Notes: a model not told the origin generated them from the sequence alone. 64,000 nucleotides of DNA from Chlorokybus atmophyticus (GCA_009103225.1 RHPI01002119.1:372001-436000), one strand, 5' to 3'. Shown: positions 1 to 13,417, counted from the stretch's first letter. Translations and numbers: made by a program.

Positions 1-255
1 AATCAGATCATGTCCCAACCCCAACCCCAACCCCACTCCCCCAACCCCACTGCCAGACCCCCCAAGCCCCTCCCATGACAGAACGGCTGATGATGATGCA
101 GGTGGGGGGACAGGCGGAGGAGTCCATGGGATGGAACCCTCGGCGATGGCATGGTCAGGGAGGGGCTTGGAGGTGGAGGTGGAGGTGGAGGTGGCGGCGA
201 CGCGGCGGGAGCCCTTGCGAAGCTTTTTGCGGAATTTGGCCAGGGAGTTGCCCAT
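1..255 (-). CDS. 5' part of an unknown gene running off the window (MGNSLAKFRKKLRKGSRR..., possible N-myristoylated protein)
   Basis: ATG at 255 on the minus strand with an open frame to position 1. The N-terminus is MGN followed by a basic cluster, in a GC-rich first-exon context. Confidence 0.4.
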   Translation of the reverse strand, partial: MGNSLAKFRKKLRKGSRRVAATSTSTSTSKPLPDHAIAEGSIPWTPPPVPPPASSSAVLSWEGLGGSGSGVGGVGLGLGLGHDLI

Positions 256-409
256 CTCTCACTCAAAGGGGAGCGCAGTGGGCAATCCCCGGATACACTG
301 TTGTAATGGGGTAATGCCGTGATAGCAGGGGGGCTGCGGCCTGCAGCCCAACCGGTTTGACAGCCCCTAGCGGCGCGGCCATATGTATGCCTGGCCTCGC
401 TGCCCCAAC

Positions 410-418
410 AAACCCTAG
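410..418 (+). promoter_or_regulatory. Telo-box-like motif (AAACCCTAG)
   Basis: Lies between the divergent ORFs starting at 255 and 685. Confidence 0.45.
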
Positions 419-684
419 CCTTATGCTCCAGCGCTGGAAGGTATGGGCAGCGAGCTCGTCACCCTCCAAGGTCCTCCTATAAGCTTAGCGCTGTGGTGCC
501 CCCCAAGGCCCAGAAAGCCGAGAGATTGTCCACGTGGCGGTGGTGCCGGCAGAGCTGTGCTGCTAACGGACGGCAGCTGCTCTGCTCTAGGCCTCGACCG
601 GGATCACAACTTCCCATCCGGATCGAGGTCACGTGCGCCTCTGGCAGGCTGCGGGTGTCGCTGTCGCTGGCGGCGGTGGCCACG

Positions 685-1312
685 ATGGCGGCGGCGATGG
701 CGTCATCCGCAGCATGGTGGACGCCGCCGCCGCTGCTACACCCTCCAGCTCTTCGATGTCACGTAGAATCAGCTGGCTGCGGCGCTGCAGCACGGTCAGA
801 CGACGACGCCGACCTCGTCAGGGGTGACATCGCCACCACCAACGATGCTGACGGGCCTTGCAGCCAGCAGCCACCTTACCCAAGTGAGCAAAAACAAGCA
901 GCAACTCCTCCTGGATCAGGTCTGTCTCAGCCAGTCCATGCGCCTGTTGTGTATGTTCACCTAGTGGTTGATCCTGCAGCACTGTCAGCACTGTGTAGAT
1001 CCACACCAGCACGTGATCAGCAGTGCGATCTGTGTGGCGGGATAATTTACTGCTCGTGGCATTGGTACACACTGTCGTGCGTGCGTGCATGTGTAGCGAT
1101 GGTTGTCGTCACCTGCTTAGCACACAGTCGCCTTCTCAGCCTGCACCATCAGCATCGTCCGTACCAGCAGCGTCATGGACTGGACGGCTATGCCAATGGT
1201 GTGTAAGTACTTTACTCGTCTGCTTTCTGGTTAGCTGAGCCTGTATTGAGGGTAAGTGGCGCGCAAGCATTGAACGCACGCTGCTAGCAGTCAGATACAG
1301 AAAAAGCCATAG
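685..1312 (+). CDS. Small hypothetical multi-exon protein with a transit-peptide-like N-terminus
   Basis: ATG at 685 (MAAAMASSAAWWTPPP...). A phase-consistent GT-AG splice path gives ...AVRSVWRDNLLLVALHTVAFSACTISIV...QIQKKP*. No family recognised. Confidence 0.4.
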
Positions 1313-1911
1313 CGTTGGGACACTGCAGGCGACGGGTTTCAGAGTATTCAGCTGTCACGTCCATGCGGCCGCTCTGCCCACGTCGCCCCTGATTGTTTGT
1401 AATTGATATATAGAGTCCACATTCATGTTTATTGGTGCTGTGTTGGCATGTAAAGGAGCCAATAGCAGGTTGTTGGATAGGAGTCGACATCCTTGCAGAG
1501 GATTGGCTTACAAAGGTAGTGCTGGCTGCCTGTTAGGCTATCAACCATAGCCTCTTGCTGCATCCTCAACTACACTCTCTTAGCTACTACCTTGCTCTTC
1601 TCTATCTTACTACTAGTGCTGCTGAGGGCCCCACGCACTACTATTGCTTGTGAATTGCGGTGCTTGCGATTGCTGTACGCTTATCTGGCTTCCCTCAGGT
1701 TCAATCCTCACTGTATATTGATCGTGTTGCATGTGACCAACCAATATATGTCCACATGATGTTTGCATGCCCGATGCATGCGCAGTTGCACCTTGCACTG
1801 TACAGGATATGCTGCCAGTAGTGTATGTACACTTAGGGTGTAGTATTGAGGTGATCACGCGTCCATCAACGTACCACAGGCGCTGTCAGCACATCAGTCT
1901 GTTGCCAAGCG

Positions 1912-4900
1912 CTATCTAAACTTGTGCCAGCCGCTGCTGCTGCTAGTGTGCCTCGATGCATCAGCACCCCCCACTGTGGCGGGGCTTACCGCACTGCTGT
2001 TTGGCACCCCCTCTCTAGTCATTTGTTGCATACAAGCACCAAGGTTTAAAACAGGCTCATCGTTCGCATCCGGGCTTTCGCTGGCGCGTACATGCCCAAC
2101 AGCATGTGCAGCGTGTTCTTCATCTTCACTTTGCGACAGGAGCACGAAGGTCGCACTGTGCAAACGTCTCACAATGCTGTTTGTTGCTGCTTCGGGCGAT
2201 GAACTTGGGCTCCTAATCCGCTTTGCGGGTGTGCGCCGGTTGTTGGTGGCGGTAGCATGCAGAACCGCTCCCCCATGCGCAAGGCTGCTGCCCTTACCAC
2301 CAACAACGTTAGCATCATTCTCATCACCATCATCCGCACCTTCCTCACTAGTCTTTGCTGCTGCAATGTCTTCCGCTGCCAGCTGTTCAATGCACGCCCG
2401 AAAAGCATCCGTGCCTTTTTGGCTGCTTTTGACAGTGCTTGCTTCGTCCTCATCATACAGGCCTTCAAGGTCGAACGCATTGTCGTTGAAAAAATTGCCC
2501 TTTGCGGCGGATGCGCTGCTGCCATCTATGCCTTTCCCCAGTACCTGCACCTTGTCAGACAGCATCTTCCACAACATGTCATCCAACGTGTCTCTCGCCA
2601 CCAGGTACTGAATTTCCACATCAGAAGTCTGCCAACCATGCAACCCGTCAACCAACACGTCGTTCAGCTACACCGCAGCAACTACACCAACCACATGTTA
2701 TACAGCAGAAGCACCCACCTGTCCAATGCGGTGTATGCGATCTTCAGCTTGCAACAGTGTTGCTGGTGTCCAGTACAGTTCGGCAAATACTGCCTTGTTG
2801 GCGGCTGTCAGTGTGACTGCGATGCCGCCGGCTGTCATTCCAATGAGACCCACACGGCATTCTGAGCTCTCCTGTTCACGTGTTGAGTGGTCAGAACAAG
2901 CCATAAGTACCAGGCCATAAGTAACTGTAGCAAATCAGATCCAGGCCTTTCCTGCCTTAAGCCACGAACTCACCTGGAACGTGTTGATGAGCTTTGCACG
3001 TGTGGCAGACGGCGTTGCGCCGTCAATGCGGATAAAAGAAGGTGCGCCCGCTTCCGCCAAAGGGCCATTCTGAATCCCATTCAGTAGCTCCAAGTGATGA
3101 GCAAAAACCAAGAACTTCTCCCCTTGCCGTATCAGGTCCTGCACATGACGCACGACTGCCGGCACCTGTGAGTCATTAATGAGCTCTGATGCATGAGAGA
3201 AACACTATCCCGCGCAGTAGATGTGGTACCTTGGCTTTACCCGTGTCAATATAAAGCTTCACAAGCTGCGTTCTGAACTCATTTCTCTCAAGTGACGGCA
3301 GCTCATCCAGGTCTTCTTTAATCTGCTTTGCCAGAGCCATCGGCTCAGGCTGGATGTTCACCACTGTTCTTGACTTTATGGGTAGTGAGGCCAGCACCTC
3401 GTCCTTCAAGCGCCGGATCATGACGCTCGTACGCAGACACATGTACAGCTCGTTTAAGTGCGAAGCTCCGGAAATGTCAAGCCCGTATCGTGTCCTATGC
3501 GCAGCACAGTACCTGCCACATAGCTGAGTCAGCACTGTGTTAATATTCTGTGCATAAGCTACTTTGCAGACACCATGCAAGGCACATGCTGGTATGTGTC
3601 TGCTATACACACTACATACATACCTATAGTAAAATGTTTTTGCGCAGGGAAATCGCTCTGGGTCAAGGGCAGATACTTGAGTGAACAGTTCAGAAGGCCT
3701 TGATAGGGCTGGTGTGCCCGTCAAAAGAATAGCTCGCTTGGCTGCAGCCAGCAGTGGCAAGACAGCCTGTTACAAGGGCCACTTTACATATGTCCGCTTG
3801 AGGTGGCCAACTACGCACAGACATATTGGACTTGCCTTTGTGCGAAGTGCGTTTGGGGACTTAATGTAGTGCGATTCATCTGCAATAATGACGCCAAACT
3901 TGTGCTTTTTCAATGAGTCGGGCATCTTGCTGATGAGGTCATATGATACAATAACAACGTCCGCATGGACAAAGAGGCGCTGCTTGCTTTCAGTCACCAC
4001 CTAATCAATTCGGTCAGAAGGCTGCAACATTGACCCCGACACAACACCATGCCATGCTGGTCACCTGGATGGCATTTGTGGAGAGGTAAGCATAAGGCAG
4101 CCACTTGACAAGTTCTTGCTGCCAATGAAACCGCGCAGAGCTTGGTGCAATTATCAGCAACGGCCAATCTTGACGGAAGGCAGCTGCTGATGCTATTGCC
4201 TATGTATACCAAACCATGCCGCCGATGTCAGCCTCCACAGAGAGATCCCGTGTTGGGTTGCATTATTGAAAACGCAACAACTTGTACCATACCTGAATGG
4301 TCTTTCCTGAACCTGGCTCATCCGCAATCATGGCACGACCATTGCGTGCAAGCACAAAGGCTGCACCCACCAGTTGAAAGGAGGCTAGGCTGTCAATTAA
4401 ACTGGATGGCACACCCGCCTGCCACAGAGAACCATTGGAACACACGGTCAGAGCCATGTGCTTGGCACACAACATGAAGTTGAGGCATCATGACATGGCG
4501 CAACTGACAAAAAGAATAAACACAGAACCTGTAGCAAAGTCTCCTTAGCAGCTTCTGCACCAGCTGCTGCTGGCTGATGCAAGGCACTTGCTGCAGCTAG
4601 TGCATCACGAGGGATGGGGTTAAACTTGATTTGAATGCGCGACAGAGCCGAGCAGACCTGGAATGCACACATCGCACACATCGTAAGCGTTGACAACCAC
4701 CATTGGGAGCAACCCGGTCATGCATCTGGTGCGAGGCATGGCGCAAGCAGTACCTGACCTCTGCATAACGGGTCAATGGGAACCGCCACAAGTGCTTTGC
4801 AGGCATGTAACGGGCGTCTTTGACGCGTCGCATTGCGTCGTCCACTCGGCTTGACTGGCGTGGCATGTCAACTGCCAATGCACACGCCTGACAACTAGAC

Positions 4901-5290
4901 ACAACATGCACCATGCTATGACTAATGTTAGGGTTCATGAAATGGGCTCACAGCGCAGTGCTGCTGACCAAAAAGGCAGTTGCATACAAACTGCATCATT
5001 TCTGCAAGTAAAGCTTGTTATGACGCACACATGCAGGCACGCATGCACACATGGGGGCGCGCGCAAGGCGCAGCAAGTCATGCGAGCAAATTTTGCATTG
5101 TGACGTATGGCTGAACAATTGGCAAATCACTCACGTATGAACTCGGTGGGTGATGTGAGCGCCAGTGTGCCAATGCGCGAGGAGAATGGGCGCGTTTGGT
5201 CCTCAACACTAGTAGCATTCCTTGTGTTCAATTGTGAACCAAGCTTCTGCTTTTTGCTGTTCCATGGCGAGCACGATGGCAGCGGCGAGC
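1912..5290 (-). CDS. SMARCAL1: SMARCAL1/HARP-like SNF2 annealing helicase (plant CHR18-like), multi-exon; 5' end uncertain
   Basis: HARP-like exon (VKDARYMPAKHLWRFP), Walker A ADEPGSGKTIQ, DESHYIK, LLTGTPALSRPSELF, VMIRRLKDEVL, FLVFAHH, IRIDGATP, AELYWTPATLLQAEDRIHRIGQ. Stop at 1912. Confidence 0.92.
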
Positions 5291-5419
5291 CCTACAAGCA
5301 CATCACAAACATGGTGTCAGCTGGCAAACCTCATTCCAAAGTATTTGTGGAGCTGCTAAAGCAGCGGCTCATGCAAGCAGCATGCCCAGCAACTACCTTC
5401 TGTGCACCAACCTACTACC

Positions 5420-6018
5420 GCAATGGCTGTCACAATATCATGCAACGACCTAAGCGCGGTATGGTGTGGACTCCCCTTCCATATGACGCATAAAGCAGTT
5501 GCAGGTTTCCGTGTGTAATCTTGATATGTGCATTTCATGCTCAAATACATGCTCAACAATAACCTGCAGTGGCGCATAAACAACATGAAGTGATTCCAAC
5601 CTGTCCACTGGTGCTGGGCTGCTCGTCCGCTGGCAGTGCGGTTTCCTCCCGTTCCCCCCTATCGCCTCCTCCAGTGCGCCTGGCGCTGGCATGTTTGTAT
5701 TTAAACTGCGCCCAGATTGGTGGCGCAGACTTCCGTCGAGCCTGTATAACAAGTAGACAAAAACACGCATAAGCAAGCATGCAATTGAGTAACCATGCAT
5801 GCAAGAAAGCAAGCAAGCAAGCAAGCTAGCTAGCTAGCAAACGAGTGACATTCTCTTCCATGTGCGCAAGCCCCGACGATTACCTCACTGGCGCCGTCGT
5901 CGCCTAAGCGCTGCCGTCCCGCAACAGCGTTGTAGGCCCTGCGCCCGCCGCGCCGCATGACGCCAGCGGCACCGCCAAGCATGCCCTGCACGTCAACGCC
6001 ACGGATATGCATAAGCAT
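5420..6018 (-). CDS. Upstream exons (MRRGGRRAY.../ARRKSAPPIWAQFKY...): probable SMARCAL1 N-terminus or a separate short gene
   Basis: Exons 1-2 are phase-consistent with GT/AG sites and a telo-box lies just upstream. I could not splice them cleanly into the 5290 exon. The ORF-track start at 6087 is TTG, not ATG. Confidence 0.4.
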
Positions 6019-6086
6019 AAAGCCTGGATCTAAACTGGGGTCATTCCCGCCAAATAGGAAATCGTCGATATCAAAGCGGGGATCCA

Positions 6087-6095
6087 AAACCCTAA
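6087..6095 (+). promoter_or_regulatory. Telo-box (AAACCCTAA)
   Basis: In the divergent region between the SMARCAL1-side exons and GOS1. Confidence 0.55.
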
Positions 6096-6521
6096 CGGCG
6101 AGGCTGACGGTGCTGTTGTGGACGGCGACGAGGAGAAGGCGGCGGCGGAGGTGGAGGGAGAGGACGGAGTGAACGTGGTCAGTGGCTCTGTGGGTCCTTG
6201 TGGAAGATCAGGAGAGATCTGTTAACCAGGCGGCGGGGCCGATTGTGGAAGGGCTTGGAAGGTTGGGGTGGTGCGCGAGGTGCAGCTGGGTATGGTTGCC
6301 AAGGTCAAGGGTCAGGGGCGGCCGCAGTGAGTGCTGGTTTGCTGGTGGTAGGGGGCCTTGAGGCTGGGAGGGTGGTGGTCGAGTCAGCCGTGGCTACGGC
6401 TACGCCGTCGGCGGGACCGGCGCCCGTCGTCGGCCGCTCCAAGCCAGGCTTGCGCCCAATGGCATCCGCACGCCCACTCAAAACCCTCGCTGGAGGTGGC
6501 GTGACCACTCCCAGCAGGGTC

Positions 6522-7911
6522 ATGAGCTCCACATGGGAAGATCTGCGCAAAGAGGTGAGATTATCAAGCAGCTGTGTGCGGTCTTTTGTTGGCTGTGTAC
6601 ATTTGTCATTCAACACACACGTGTCATAACGGTGGCTTCCAACACGCGACATGTTGAAATTGCTGCAAGGAGTTGCTGCAAATATGCACAAGATGGTTGC
6701 CGTCTGCAGCCGGAGCATGCTGGATTGCATTGGTTAGCAACTCTAAGCAATGCATGGCAAGCTCATTAAATATCGTGTTTACAATGCATTCTGTCAGGCT
6801 CGCATGTGCTATCCATTTTGCATGCAATATTGTATCTGTGGTGGATGACAAATGATGTGCCCTTTAGGCAAGGAAGTTGGAAGGCGAGCTGGATGTAAAG
6901 CTGGTGTCCTTTTCAAAACTCAGCAGCGGGTATGCGGGCTCTTTAACAATGGAGGGAGGCAGTGGAGATACGCCAGAGCTGCTTTCTGCTACTAAAGCTG
7001 CAGAGATCGAGTCGCTGTTACGTCGGCTGGGCGACGTGAATGCCGCCATGGCTGCGTGCATTGGCGCTGGCTCCTCGGAAGTTTTGACACACACTCTTGC
7101 GCGACACCGCGACATCCTACATGAGTTTACACAGGTGTGCAGTCGCATTGTTGTAGGTCTATTGCAGGCCTATCAAGGTTTATAGATTCTGTCAAGGTTT
7201 ATGTACACTATGTATACTCACTACAGTGCGCTGATATGTGCATAACTAGTACAGGATGCAGTTTAGTCATGTATTGACATAACAACAATACCCTCACATA
7301 GTGGGTTATGTGCCATGTTCTCCCATTTGATTGCAGGAGTTTAGGCGTACGCGATCGTCAGTCAATGCAAGCCGTGATCATGCAGAGCTGTTAATGGGTT
7401 TTGATCGAGATAGCAGCAATTTTGCTGGTGCCAATGCGTCAACATCCGCGCAATTGCTGCGCGAGCGAGGCAACATACACAGCTCTACTTCACAGGTACT
7501 GCAAGCTGTTGGCAGTGTCTTTGGTGGAGCAGTGCTGATAGCAGGCATGGCCGCCCCTTGCATCAGTCTCGTAAAGCTGGCATCATAAACAGATGGACGA
7601 AGTGATCGATGTTGCAGAGTCCACTTCGTCAGTCCTGCAACAACAGCGGCTGTTGTTCATGGATGTCAACTCCAAGCTTGGAACTTTGGGCGCCAAGTTT
7701 CCAGTTGTAAGTGTAACTGCCTGATTGGCCACTACCCAAGTCCTGCATCGCATGCACATATTTATCGGTTGGCTGATGAGTTGAGTGCCTTGGGCAGGTA
7801 AACTCGTTGCTGACCATGATTAGGCGAAAGAAATCCAAGGATACGATGATTTTGGCGGCGGTGATTGCCGTGTGTACATTGTTGTTGATATTGTACTGGT
7901 GGAATAAGTGA
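6522..7911 (+). CDS. GOS1: Golgi SNAP receptor complex member 1 (Qb-SNARE)
   Basis: MSSTWEDLRKE|ARKLEGELDVKLVSFSK, LARHRDILHEFTQEFRR, LLRERGNIH, and C-terminal IRRKKSKDTMILAAVIAVCTLLLILYWWNK*. An alternative in-frame ATG lies at 6459. Confidence 0.93.
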
Positions 7912-8911
7912 CCGCTTTTTTTGCGTGCGGCTTTCCCCAACCCTGTTACATTTCGCGCTGTGGCTAGTTCTGCTAAGCGCTGTGGCTAGTCCTGCTAAGC
8001 TGCGTCGTGCACCAGTTAGACTGCATGCTCTGTCAGGCATAATTCTTGACAACTTTGCACAACCTTGTACGCACAGTTCAACATTGTTCAAGCTCCTTGA
8101 GTTCCGTTGTAATATGGCCCATATGGCCTTGTTTCGCATGCATGCTGCATTGCTGGATACCAGAGGGAGAATATGAAAAAAGGATAAAACCAACTGCAAA
8201 GTAAGTTGTGTACTGTAGTGAAGTCACAACAACAGTATGGTAAGCATTTTCCAGCAGTCACCTCTAGTAGCTTTGCCTTGTAACGTTCTGAGGTACCAGA
8301 TCGGCAGCCGCTGCTGGACAATGACAATGCCAATAACAATCATCCCGCAGCGACCATCAGGTCCACTTGGTGATACAACTTGCAGTTCAAACTTGTGAAA
8401 TACGCGTACCCGCCCACATCACACAATCGCCTGCAATGCTGTTTCTTCGTATGTTACTGGCTTGCAAGTGCTGTATCCGGTTACAAGCGTGCGTTAGTGA
8501 TGGCGACTATTCGCACGTAATGACAAGTGCAGGCCAGGCTCGTATCCACGTTCAAACGACTTGTGGTTCAGTTGTTTGGCCCACTGGACATGTTGCGGTG
8601 TCGCACTGGCTCAAACTAGTTGTCTACTGCTTGTCTTATCTATCAGGCCGTCTTCCAGCCTGCTCGTAATGGTTTTCCATTGAGAGGACTGAAGAGACGT
8701 TGCCAGCCCCAGACCTGTGCAGATGGAAGCGTCTAAGCATGCACGAACAGGGGTTAGCTCTCGCCAAGCGAAGGCGACAAGTGCGCATGTACTCTACACG
8801 TGACAGGTGGATATCTGAGCTGAAGTGAGCTTCAACTCTGTACTTTATATGCAAACAAAAGCGTTGGTCAGGCACTGCTTAGCTGAGATGCACACACAAC
8901 GTGCATGACAG

Positions 8912-9387
8912 GTCATTATGGATAAGGCATTGGGACTTCATCATGCTACTGTTTCTTGCGTACACGACGTTTGTCACCCCGAACGAGGCAGGCTAATCAG
9001 AGTAACCACCCGTACGCACGAGTACTGTCTCTGAAGTTCTCAACTCTCTGTAACTACTACTTTTGGCTACATCCACAGGCTTGCTTCTTGGACACGCAAT
9101 GGACTGAACCGCTGTTCTGGATCGTGTTGTGGTCTTTGGCTTCATCATGGACATCTTCAACTTCAACCGAGAATACTTTGATGACGAGCCACGAGCATGA
9201 TTATAAAATCAACGAATGGTTAGGCGTGTTGTACTTGTACACATGCCAAGGACACGAAGACACATCATGCATGCACCAACGCTTTTCTGATGCTGTCTTC
9301 TGCAGGTGACCATGCCTTATCTCAAAGGCGACGTCACTGTGGATTTGTTCACCGTTCGATATTGTCGGAATGCTTGTGGACCAATCG
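8912..9387 (+). pseudogene. Frameshifted relic of a voltage-gated/CNBD-type K+ channel (S1-S3 exons)
   Basis: Three exons: LWIRHWDFIMLLFLAYTTFVTPNE | ACFLDTQWTEPLFW(fs)DRVVVFGFIMDIFNFNREYFDDE | YLKGDVTVDLFT(fs)PFDIVGMLVD. These match recalled S1, S2 and S3 patterns but need at least two frameshifts, and no S4 or pore exons follow. Confidence 0.6.
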
Positions 9388-9992
9388 GTATAGTGTTGGA
9401 GTCATACCACCACAAGATGCTGGACCTGCATGCGTAACCAGCATGAATGCAAGAGTGCATACATTCACATACGTGTGTGCGCGCGTGCACCAAAGGTTGT
9501 TGCGTGTGATTTGGATCTGTACAAAAGTTGAGCATGAGCGCAAGCCAGCGTGCGCATGTCTGTTAAGCTGTTGAGTTGAGTTGCTCGTGTGCTTCCCCTG
9601 TCAAAATCAGCAAAGACAAAGTGTCAAACAATGCTTGGACTTGTATGTGTACTGCGTAGAATTGCAGGCCAGTCGACGCTGCACTGCACGGCAACTATAC
9701 TGCCTGCTGTGCAATTGCGCAACGATTACGCCCATAGCGGTAATTGCTCCCTTGCCAACAGTCGAAGCGAGCGCCAACAACACATATGAACCATACAGCA
9801 CGAAACCATGCAAAGTCGCAACAGAGCAGGCGACAACACTGGCCACCTATGGCAGATTAGCATCACACTGACTTTGCCACACATAGAGACGGTTGCGTCT
9901 GTATTTGCTTTCATGCAAACACAGAGCATGCATTATTATACAGCTGCCAGACAGACTATCACACTAGCAATCCTGAGCACCAGAATCCATGT

Positions 9993-12976
9993 TTAGGGAG
10001 CACGCTGCCGTATCAACTCCAGGGAATCCTTGAATTCTCTAAACAATTGTTCCAATCTGGGCAAGCACACCCAATGTTAAGAAGACCCCATACAACGGGC
10101 CGCAAGAGTTAGACCCAGCTAACAAGCCTGCAACAGCCCACATAGAGTTTCAGCAACCACTTACTGCTGTTCCGTATCTCCACTGGTACCCTCTTTCTGT
10201 TCAGACTCCTGCAGATCATTATCGACAGGTGCTTCCGCCTTTTGTTTGGTCTCCGTTCCACTGCAATTGGCAGGTACACATGCGTTGGTCGCACATTGAG
10301 CAAATGCGATATAACCATATAGGCACCTACCTTCTGAACCGCAACATGACAAAGCCAGATTTGGTATCGCGCACTGCTTTGCCTTTGAGGTCACTCCGAG
10401 AATCGCTCAAGTGCTCCTTGCGCAACCGGTGCAAGATTAGCAAGCGAAAGGCTTCGTGAGCTTCCGTGGACGCTCGCAACCGCACATACAGAAGCAGCTC
10501 CCAAACGCGACGCAGTTGTGGCTGCACGCATCATTTTCATAAGCCACAAAGCATAGCACAGCTGGCAGTCTCGCACTTGTTGACATTGGCATCAGTTTGC
10601 CAACCAGAAGTTGACTAATTACCAGCAAGCACCAAGTACCTTATACAACTTCATTTGGCGGCGCAAATCTTCAGCAAGTGCACCAGGCAGGCACATTGCC
10701 TCCATCACGCGTGCTGTTGCTTCGGCATCAGAGGCGTCACCACGCGTTCGCATAATTTCTGCACCAGTGGCAACAGCAGCATCTGCGGCGGCAGTCAATG
10801 CCGGATGGTCTCGCAAGCGCTTGTAGTCATCAATGTCCCGCAGTTTCTGAAACTCCTATACATATGCATACAGCCATCAGTACCACAGGGGGAAGCAAGC
10901 AAGACACTAGCGACCACAAACGATGAGCACGCAGCGCGTTGACCAGGTCAGGTGTTTTGCTCGCTGGAATATAGCTGCATATTGTGTGTGACAATGCATG
11001 AATGTTACATGCCATCATGCCATTGTGGCTGTCAGACCTACTGGTTGTACCTCGCTGGGATCTTCAACGGTGACATCCACAGCTGCTATCCTATTTGCTT
11101 GTTCGTAGACTGCATGCAACAGCCGCTTGGCGTGACCTTGTCGTTGAAACGGGGGGAGTATGAGCACCTGAGCAAACGCTGATTAGTAAAGGAGTCTTCA
11201 ACATGCTCAGCACTGGCAGAAGGGTAACATGCTTACACACCTGGCTCACTCGCAAACGGGACCTGTCTGGGAATGAATAGAATCTGTGATACGTGCAGAA
11301 ACCAACGACACGGGTGTTGTCGGCGCCATTAGTAACTGTCCGCTCAATGGCCACCACCAGCTCCCAATGTGGATCGGACGAGTCGATAAAGTTGGCACCT
11401 GCATAATTGGAATGTCAAAACAGACACGTAGTACCTCATCATTTGCTGAGGTGCAAGCCACAAAACTGCTGCCTAGCATGTTGGTAGCCGAGTGCACACA
11501 TGTAAACAACGACTGACCATCGATATAGTATAGGATGAGGGGCTGCACTCGGTCGTACCAGTCTCGCACTTTGGCAGCCGATAAAGGAAGCGACCATACC
11601 TATGACACTCAGCAGTCAGCAACTGATTGACTCAAGATGTGATGCATTCACGTGCCACACATACGCACGCCCACGCACGCTACCTCATAGCAGGTGTCAC
11701 TATCTTGGGCCTTGCTGCTTGAGATGACTTTGCCATGATCAAGCACACTGCCAAGAAGATGGCGTTATATGAAAAGCCCAACTAACAATTCCATTGTGGA
11801 CAACTAATGTACCTACCTGCCAGCTTGAGAGTTCTGCAACACTTTTGCAAACTCGGCCTCATCTTGTGTAAAACCTGCTGGCATCATCTCCTGCGCATGC
11901 ACAACACATGAGTCAGCGCTTTCCACAAGTTGATGACTACTGCACGCTTTCTCTCACACCGGGTACCTTTAGCTTGTCCACAATGTCGTCTGGCTTTCTT
12001 AACCCGCCCTGAACGTGTCCACAGTCGGTTAATGCTGCCATTGGTATTTAATGCATTGGTAACAGACCTGACATCAATACAGCGTGCTATGAAGGCAACC
12101 CACCTTGACTTTTGCTTCATACTGTATGTCGACATAGGTCTCAAATGAGACAGCGTGCATGTAGATGTTCACCTGTAAGCACAAGCGCAAGTCATGATCT
12201 GCGAGCTCATGTGAATTCCATAACGGTGTTTATGAGAGCTCAATACAACTCTCAGTTGCTTGCCTGGAGATCCTTGTAACCATATATCACTTCATCCTGG
12301 CCAAAAATCTGGTGCGTCATTTCGGGACTGAACCCATCGCTGTCACGCATATCTTCAACGGTGTTCATTGCCATGAGTGCAAGCGCCAGAGTAAGCTTCT
12401 CAGCAGAGCAACTGTTGTAATGTTTCTCTGGAACAGAGGTACGTTGCAAGCAGCGAAATACAGATGCATGCACGCACCTAGATGAAGCACAACGGCCTCA
12501 TTTGCATCGCACTCCCATTTGTTCTTGACAGCTGGCCCAGCTCCAGCGGTGTCTTCGGCTAGGCAACCTGTTGTGAGCAAGGCCTTGCTTCAACACAGCT
12601 CACAATATAGATAATGTGTGTTGGTTGCACATGGGCATTTGTACTAACATTACAGCTGTCAACTTCGTGCTTACTGATGCTTGCTGTTGCTGGTGTCAGT
12701 TACCCATCAGTGAGAACGGAATACAACAGTGAAGCAAGTAGGATTAAGCTTACACAATACAACAGTGAAGTAAAAGACTTAAAGCAAGTAGGATTGTACG
12801 AGAAGGAAGAAACAGAAAAGATGTAACTGGACTTGTGCCTGGAATCGCTCCTTGGCAGCACACTGGCAAATGTTTGTGTTATGTATTACCAGAGAGCAAA
12901 GGGGCTTACTGCTGAGCGACGAAAGCTTGGGGCGCTTGACTGCTGGCTCAGAAGCGTCCGGATGCTGCCTGGCCAT
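9993..12976 (-). CDS. HAT1: Histone acetyltransferase type B catalytic subunit
   Basis: WECDANEAVVLHL, FSPEMTHQIFGQDEVIYGYKDL, VVGFCTYHRFYSFPDRSRLRVSQ, QLRRVWELLLY, terminal QLEQLFREFKDSLELIRQRAP*. Confidence 0.92.
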
Positions 12977-13314
12977 GCTGCTGGAAGGCATGTGTGATGC
13001 TACTTAAACACACACGCTAAAACCCCGAAGCAGCCACCAGCAAGCAGTGGCGACCTGAGCTTGTTCCTGCGTTCTGCAATCTCGACAAGCAGCGACTCCG
13101 CCCAACCACAGCAGCAGAAAAAGACAGCCTCTCGGAAACCTTGGCAAAGACCACCCCTTACCACTCCTCTGAAGCACCCTACTGCCGCCGCCGCCGCCGC
13201 CGCCGCCGCCTACTATTACACCTTGAACAAGCGAACTGAGCTCACTCTGTGCTCAAGCTTGCAAGAAGCGTTATTTTCTGAATTTTCCCATTGTTTTCCC
13301 GCGCAAAGACTGAC

Positions 13315-13323
13315 AAACCCTAA
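13315..13323 (+). promoter_or_regulatory. Telo-box (AAACCCTAA)
   Basis: About 95 bp upstream of the RBMX2 ATG. Confidence 0.6.
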
Positions 13324-13417
13324 CACAAACGCAGGCGGCGACTGCGGCGGGGAAGGACGACGACGAGGAGGTGGAGGGAGAGGTCAGGGACGTGGAGGGG
13401 TCTGGTTGGGAGCGGGG

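Noticed and set aside
329-349. GC hairpin GGGGCTGC-GGCCT-GCAGCCCC
   Set aside because: An 8-bp stem in a GC-rich promoter is expected by chance.
1922-2865. Plus-strand ORFs 1922-2611 and 2257-2865
   Set aside because: They are antisense to the SMARCAL1 terminal exon.
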